From Anolis carolinensis (lineage: Eukaryota): a DNA stretch of 64,000 nucleotides. The stretch covers positions 117,601,190-117,665,189 of the forward strand of contig NC_085846.1 in assembly GCF_035594765.1 (NCBI RefSeq), written 5' to 3'. The translations under genes were made by a program, and so were the position numbers. Every line of letters begins with the position of its first letter. Position 1 is the first letter of the stretch. Under the pieces are notes generated by a model, which worked only from the letters and a program-made list of their open reading frames with translations, was not told the origin of the DNA and did not search any database. Positions 62,501 through 64,000 of the stretch are shown in pieces.

Positions 62501-63496
62501 TGTATGCTATATACATGAAGTTTTGTGAGTAAACCAACTCCGTTACTTTAAAGAAGACTCTTATTTTGTCTCTTGAGAGCATGATTTAAAGACAAATATA
62601 TTTTAAGGGAGAGTAGATGTCTTTGAGCAATTAAAAAGGAACACTCCTAAAACTCTACTGAATATATATTTTCGTGCACTGGCATATCTTTGCCCCTAAC
62701 AGTTCAAAGAGCTATTTAGGACATCAGTTTAACAGCCAAGAAACCTAATTGCCTTTCATGAATGCTGGTGAATGCCATTTTCCCAAAAGGGTTATGACTC
62801 TTAATAGGTCATGCTTTTTGCCAAGGGGTTATGGCATCATTTGTCAAAAGGCTGCAACTTCTAGCAAGGTCATTCCTTTCCAACTATCATAAAATCTCCA
62901 AAAGGTTCTTGAGACTTTCATTTTTTAAAAAAATTCTCACAGGAACAGAAAGTGAAGCAAAACAAACAGCACAGGGGTGTTCACCCTTCCCTATGCTATT
63001 TCAAGCCAAATATATGTTTGGGTGGATTTACATTTAAAAATGCAACTGTTCCTGCAAATTCAACTTAAGAACAAACCTATAAAACCTATTTTGTTTGAAA
63101 TTTGGGGACTGTCTGAACATATAATTGTTCTACTCTTTTTTATGGCTTGCTTCTGACCTTTGATTTTATTTCATTGTTGCCTTTGGTATTTTTCATAGAC
63201 TCCCTTGCCATTTTTGGATGTGTTCTGCATTGGTGACCTTTCTCTTCTCTGTGCCACGTTTGTATTTCAGGAGCACCAGCCGGTCAGACGGGCGGTGGAT
63301 TCCGCAGCCGGGCTCCCCGGATGCCTCATCCTATAACCTGAACCACGTCCCATGCGCCAGCTCTCCCTCTGGGTCCCTCAGCCCTGAGCTTTGTGGAGCT
63401 CTGAGTCCCCTCCTGCTCAAGGGTCGGAGCCGAGGAAGCCTTTCTTTCAGTGAAGACGCCACTCTCTCCATCTTTGATGTGGATGACAGTATCCAG
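25459..63496 (+). CDS. KANSL1-like: KAT8 regulatory NSL complex subunit 1 family protein (KANSL1-like), 12 coding exons, 687 codons, 3' end beyond window: join(25459-25862,36325-36466,44971-45159,49013-49140,55059-55263,57083-57248,57961-58101,58239-58408,59492-59613,61093-61147,61715-61827,63271-63496)
   Basis: All junctions GT-AG with compatible phases and no stops. Motifs [113 protein letters not shown] are family hallmarks. Exact orthology not determined. Confidence 0.92.
25890..27715 (+). repeat. ~1.8 kb polypyrimidine (C/T) low-complexity tract with (CT)n, interrupted by a short L2 tail at ~26100-26190
   Basis: Almost purine-free on the + strand. Confidence 0.9.
27715..28105 (-). mobile_element. 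Degenerate L2 LINE 3' fragment
   Basis: Minus-strand ..RAF.VVAP..LWNSLP-like remnants, similar to 8638-9258. Confidence 0.55.
28845..29200. mobile_element. Partial hAT-type non-autonomous element related to 15114-15657
   Basis: Shares ccctccaaggtcattta..., aacaacaatcct and a ...gaggacccctg terminus. Confidence 0.5.
34581..34810 (-). mobile_element. tRNA-headed SINE with L2-type tail
   Basis: Minus strand: ggctgtggcgcaggctgg (A box), ggttcgaggcc (B box), L2-like stem-loop and (TAAA)n tail. Confidence 0.65.
36325..36466 (+). CDS. KANSL1-like coding exon 2
   Basis: [47 protein letters not shown]; ttttcag| ... |gtcagg. Confidence 0.95.
37558..38117. mobile_element. Tc1/mariner-superfamily MITE
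   Basis: Imperfect TIRs ctgtatatattcgagtataagcc / ggcttatactcgagtatatatgg, TA flanks, AT-rich core. Confidence 0.75.
38933..39102 (+). repeat. DIRS left inverted terminal repeat (contains TATATAA, GC boxes, NRF1-like TGCGCCTGCGCA)
   Basis: 38962-39102 is the exact reverse complement of 44761-44901. Confidence 0.93.
39278..41539 (+). CDS. DIRS ORF1 gag-like protein (N-terminal Cys/His zinc finger, Pro/Arg/Ser-rich middle, LAP2alpha-like C-terminal region)
   Basis: First ATG at 39278; [17 protein letters not shown]...CQVC; [13 protein letters not shown] and RRHAWLR..IEDLP...GLF typical of vertebrate DIRS gag. Confidence 0.88.
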   Translation: MASFFKKCGACGGKLPEADGHSKCLLCLGESHNSQACQVCRGFTPQARKNRESRLKALLYEQALAPVAPTAAVEAEMTIPAAEGRDSPSTVGPSPLQAPQNGAEEEPPISSGLGTSQKAVPRAKEGRKKAKKTKHIGSAPLQRPRPQLASQTPDNAENLPDGSPGLQGPPPLTPVEPLASRALSPPRIIPAQPVPRVPSVQQEALRGRRRERRRDRRSSYTSSSQSSSPSPKRPRGARSSRHRRHSSSLSPRNSRSPLQRGSPYPYGPSYFPPDPRFPFMFYGHGLPPYPLPPPGFEGFYPLDSYGRQLTPGSGGSHAHAASPLGALMEPRPHSEALNLGRAPEGPDSSLLAKRPASGAALGTGPPFAANSIPMAQVASQPEQASTSKLAHGIGSLDPDQAVQLGNEAGKTQEGPISEVDPHEDVDPPSAEDIRSFTALLIRLSRALNLPTPKPSKIVEDPVFPSSKQQAPATTSLPYLPYLVELVKNEGVPPASLPATPRRAEFLYKVDLSGVSWLAKQPKLNSRVVNVTQPKAVQRSQPTPPDKEGRKLDSFGKKFYTSACLFARIAHYGAYMGAYQSYLWDKIAPYIDLLPHGDQALARAFRQEAVLLSDLQKELAKNTADASGKLLAGAISLRRHAWLRAANLSPSAKSVIEDLPLDEAGLFNPETDAEIKDTHEVTQAAHKYGVQPSYYYYQRRRWGQYYRSRRASPPSSRGKQKLPFRPQGLRRSSFPYRSQARGGGKPGEKQRRRF
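41259..43571 (+). CDS. DIRS ORF2: reverse transcriptase, RNase H and adenine methyltransferase-like domain
   Basis: [34 protein letters not shown]; RNase [25 protein letters not shown]; MT-like IDLFAS and YAFPP. Confidence 0.95.
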   Translation: MRRVCSTLKLTPRLKILTRSPKQPTNMAFNHLTTIIRDVVGGNTTAPEGLALHPLEESKSFLFVPRDLGGHHSPIGLKHGGEASQVRSKDAGFSESFDLPSPPSSDPLVEGWPSHSSVKVEFSGHSSTSTLHPSGVEDGRFLFRNRLAPYLEAWKGITSDAWVLDIVKNGYAIEFFSHPHTGTPRPTAPSECLREEVATLLRKGAISKTPRGRVRRCFFSRYFLVRKKGGGMRPILDLRAVNRHIRARRFRMVTLASILPFLHKGMWFATVDLRDAYFHVAIRHSHRRFLSFMVGDTCFSFNVLPFGLSTAPRVFTKCMAVVAAYLRQNGVIVFPYIDDWLLVSHSRSHLESDISFTLSLLQRLGLVVNEEKSQLTPTQKIQFIGATLDSVVAKAYLPEDRFRTIRAAVTGLCVKKRTTAWGIQSILGHMASTTSLVDLARLRMRPLQIWFLGAFNPLLDSQHMRLTPPAGIVNSLTWWTRRRNLLAGLPFQPSEPTHELTTDASQYGWGAHLDGLTVNGKWSNHHRSLHINILELLAVEKALRAFVQSLKGKTLRIVTDNTTVKYYINKQGGTHSKALLALSLRIWDWCVRRRMRIQAVHLPGKDNVLADALSRSPSSSHEWQLNHREFRLLARRWGWPTIDLFASPQNSHCPAFCARLRPHASPGCLGDAFRFSWSGDLLYAFPPLPLVGKVVTKLIADNSDCILVAPWWPRQTWFAPLWQAARGEYLQLKPSPDLLTLHNGRVNHPDIETLRLTGWRIRPHKPSLPQ
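42518..44569 (+). CDS. DIRS ORF3: tyrosine recombinase (overlaps ORF2 by ~1 kb; true start uncertain)
   Basis: TSARRASEL (catalytic R), AHSTR (HxxR), W....TF..HY (catalytic Y); first in-frame ATG at 42605. Confidence 0.93.
   Translation: MGYPVHPWPHGLYYVACRPSEAQDAPASDMVLRSIQPAPRQSTHASDPSGRHRQLVDMVDKEAQPAGGPPLPTIRTYSRAHDRCVPVWLGSAPRWPHRQWEMVQSSPLPAHQHSRTTGRRKGTPRIRSESQRKDTEDSNRQHHSQVLYKQTGRDTFEGPVGPLLENMGLVRAQTDADPSCPSSREGQCASGRIEQVTFIQPRVATEPQRVSTPGSSLGLANDRSFCVASEQPLPRLLRSPTAPCEPGMPGGRVPLLMVGGPALRVPTPSVGRQSGHQTDRGQLRLHSCGPLVAPSDVVRPPLAGCQRGISPAQTLTRSLDAPQRQSQPSGHRDSATHRVEDQAPQALSSPVRAILQAAQKSSTKKAYKYKWDRFRKFVEPQGLDPISAPTPVILDFLVHLSKEGLSLASLKCYVAALSWYRKGPLGHSCFQDPLVKLFLKGFQNLHPPATPPPPAWSLELVLSQLSKPPFEPLASCDICHLSWKVAFLVAITSARRASELCALRADPPYLRFHADKVVLRTDVTFLPKVVSRFHMCQDISLPAFFQNPSSALEVALHSLDVRRALAFYIQRTSEFRKSPRLFLKYRPDALGTPVSSQRLASWIVSTIRLAYRLAGQEPPQRVTAHSTRAVAASQAFLKGIPLEDICKAATWSSSFTFASHYKLDIMAKKDAAFGRAVLFSCVA
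44601..44700 (+). repeat. DIRS internal complementary region (ICR)
   Basis: 44601-44643 complements the element's left end (38933-38975); 44640-44700 complements the right end (44895-44955). Confidence 0.92.
44761..44960 (-). repeat. DIRS right inverted terminal repeat plus right extension
   Basis: Reverse complement of the left ITR, followed by an extension matched only by the ICR. Confidence 0.93.
44971..45159 (+). CDS. KANSL1-like coding exon 3
   Basis: GPVVLGD...[11 protein letters not shown]; cctcag| ... CAG|gtcagt; phase 0/0. Confidence 0.88.
46741..47571 (+). repeat. Long-range imperfect inverted repeat (arms 46741-46819 and 47492-47571)
   Basis: Arms of about 80 nt are complementary with few mismatches; ~670 nt spacer. 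Confidence 0.85.
49013..49140 (+). CDS. KANSL1-like coding exon 4
   Basis: [12 protein letters not shown]...HQVNGISN; tttctctttcag| ... TG|gttagt; phase 0/2 is required to join the neighbouring exons. Confidence 0.8.
50570..50892 (+). mobile_element. Full-length Sauria-type SINE
   Basis: tRNA-like head (ggtggcgaagtg.., ggttcaatccc), conserved body, (ACCTTT)n tail. Confidence 0.85.
53047..53125 (-). mobile_element. Penelope-like pseudo-LTR remnant (another at ~38766-38820, +)
   Basis: Similar to 18285-18323/18551-18590 (ttctcctgacgtttcgcc). Confidence 0.5.
55059..55263 (+). CDS. KANSL1-like coding exon 5 (WIN-like WDR5-binding motif)
   Basis: [22 protein letters not shown]; ttcag| ... AAG|gtaggc. 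Confidence 0.92.
55340..55665 (+). mobile_element. CR1 LINE ORF2 3' fragment
   Basis: [21 protein letters not shown] and [28 protein letters not shown], frameshifted. Confidence 0.8.
56501..56763 (+). mobile_element. tRNA-derived SINE (head similar to Sauria SINE, different body; Vingi-like 3' end)
   Basis: A box gtggcgcagtgg, B box ggttcgcatcc, ends ctgacatgaaaaaaa. Confidence 0.75.
57083..57248 (+). CDS. KANSL1-like coding exon 6
   Basis: [11 protein letters not shown]...[18 protein letters not shown]; ttccag| ... G|gtaagc. Confidence 0.92.
57294..57434. mobile_element. Palindromic hAT-type MITE
   Basis: CAGGCATGGGCAAACTT...AAGTTTGCCCGTGCCTG with perfect TSD ATTTAGCC. Confidence 0.88.
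57961..58101 (+). CDS. KANSL1-like coding exon 7
   Basis: [13 protein letters not shown]...; ttaccag| ... G|gtaagc; phase 1/1. Confidence 0.88.
58136..58165. mobile_element. 30-bp MITE remnant (two TIRs only)
   Basis: caagcacgggccaaagttggcccgtgcctg with flanks cttttgcc/cttttcct. Confidence 0.6.
58239..58408 (+). CDS. KANSL1-like coding exon 8
   Basis: Open frame, gccag| ... TTG|gtgagt; phase 1/0 fits neighbours; low sequence conservation. Confidence 0.78.
59492..59613 (+). CDS. KANSL1-like coding exon 9 (start of PEHE region; NAGNAG acceptor)
   Basis: [30 protein letters not shown]; acceptor CAGCAG (alternative start 59495). Confidence 0.95.
60090..60365. repeat. Three diverged ~100-115 bp tandem units inside a probable old DNA-transposon remnant (~59830-60550)
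   Basis: Recurring ttattaa..acccattggtacacatcagatgtaatgggga..gcagccctct. Confidence 0.6.
61093..61147 (+). CDS. KANSL1-like coding exon 10 (PEHE)
   Basis: [18 protein letters not shown]; catcag| ... GAG|gtaaga. Confidence 0.9.
61715..61827 (+). CDS. KANSL1-like coding exon 11 (PEHE)
   Basis: [24 protein letters not shown]; ccttag| ... AG|gtatct. Confidence 0.94.
63271..63496 (+). CDS. KANSL1-like coding exon 12
   Basis: [23 protein letters not shown]; tttcag| ... CAG|gtgagg. Confidence 0.9.
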
Positions 63497-63514
63497 GTGA
63501 GGATTTTGGACAAA

Positions 63515-63710
63515 CAAGCATGGGTTAAAGTCCCTCCCAAGTGTTTTGAACTTCAATTTCCACCATTCCTCACAGCCTCAGGCCCTTTCCTTTTCCCCCT
63601 CAGCCGCTTAAGCGGCTGAGGGGGAAAAGGAAAGGGCCTGAGGCTGTGAGGAATGGTGGGAATCGAAGTCCAAAATACTCAGAGGGAGGGCCCAAGTTGG
63701 TCCATGCCTG
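63515..63710. mobile_element. Palindromic hAT-type MITE 18 nt downstream of a splice donor
   Basis: Near-perfect ~195-bp hairpin centred on cagccgcttaagcggctg; same terminal family as 57294-57434. Confidence 0.8.
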
Positions 63711-64000
63711 ATGTAAAGCCTTGTGTGCCCCTGACATGACTCTTCTGTCAGGATGAGCCAGGGGTCAGGATGCGTGTGGGTGGGTTTCTTCAAAACCATT
63801 GATCAACAGCTCTGAACCAGCACCCTGATGAATTGGTGACCTTCTGCCCTCACCAATTCCTCTCCAATATCAGACTCAAAGACATCTGCAGTCTGAAGTT
63901 ATAACACTTATTTAATATTTACAAAGATATTTACATTGCAGCAAAGTCCATCGCTAGAAGCCTGCATTTTCCCTTTGCCTCTCGGCTTGGCACTGCTCAC

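Overview
Eukaryotic, repeat-rich vertebrate DNA. The repeat families (Sauria-type SINEs, Vingi, L2, CR1, Penelope, Helitron, hAT and Tc1/mariner MITEs) point to a squamate, probably an Anolis-like lizard (inference). The main gene is a + strand KANSL1-family (NSL complex scaffold) gene. I could join 12 GT-AG coding exons (25459-63496) into one uninterrupted 687-codon frame with the coiled-coil, WIN-like motif and PEHE domain; the last exon lies beyond the window. It looks like an N-terminally shortened, divergent paralog rather than KANSL1 or KANSL1L proper. An apparently intact and very young ~6.0 kb DIRS1-type tyrosine-recombinase retrotransposon (gag, RT/RNaseH/methyltransferase, YR, identical inverted terminal repeats, ICR) sits in sense orientation inside the polypyrimidine tract of one splice acceptor. 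The next intron holds an ~80-bp long-range inverted repeat, biased to G-U pairs on the pre-mRNA strand, that covers a complete cryptic 3' splice site. Upstream are a probable bidirectional CpG-island promoter (~14.0-14.65 kb) with a tandemly duplicated motif module, a ~6.5 kb minisatellite, a 1.2 kb local duplication that split a MITE, and a dense nest of transposons. Most short ORFs in the supplied track are spurious. Repeat boundaries without a stated TSD or terminus are approximate.
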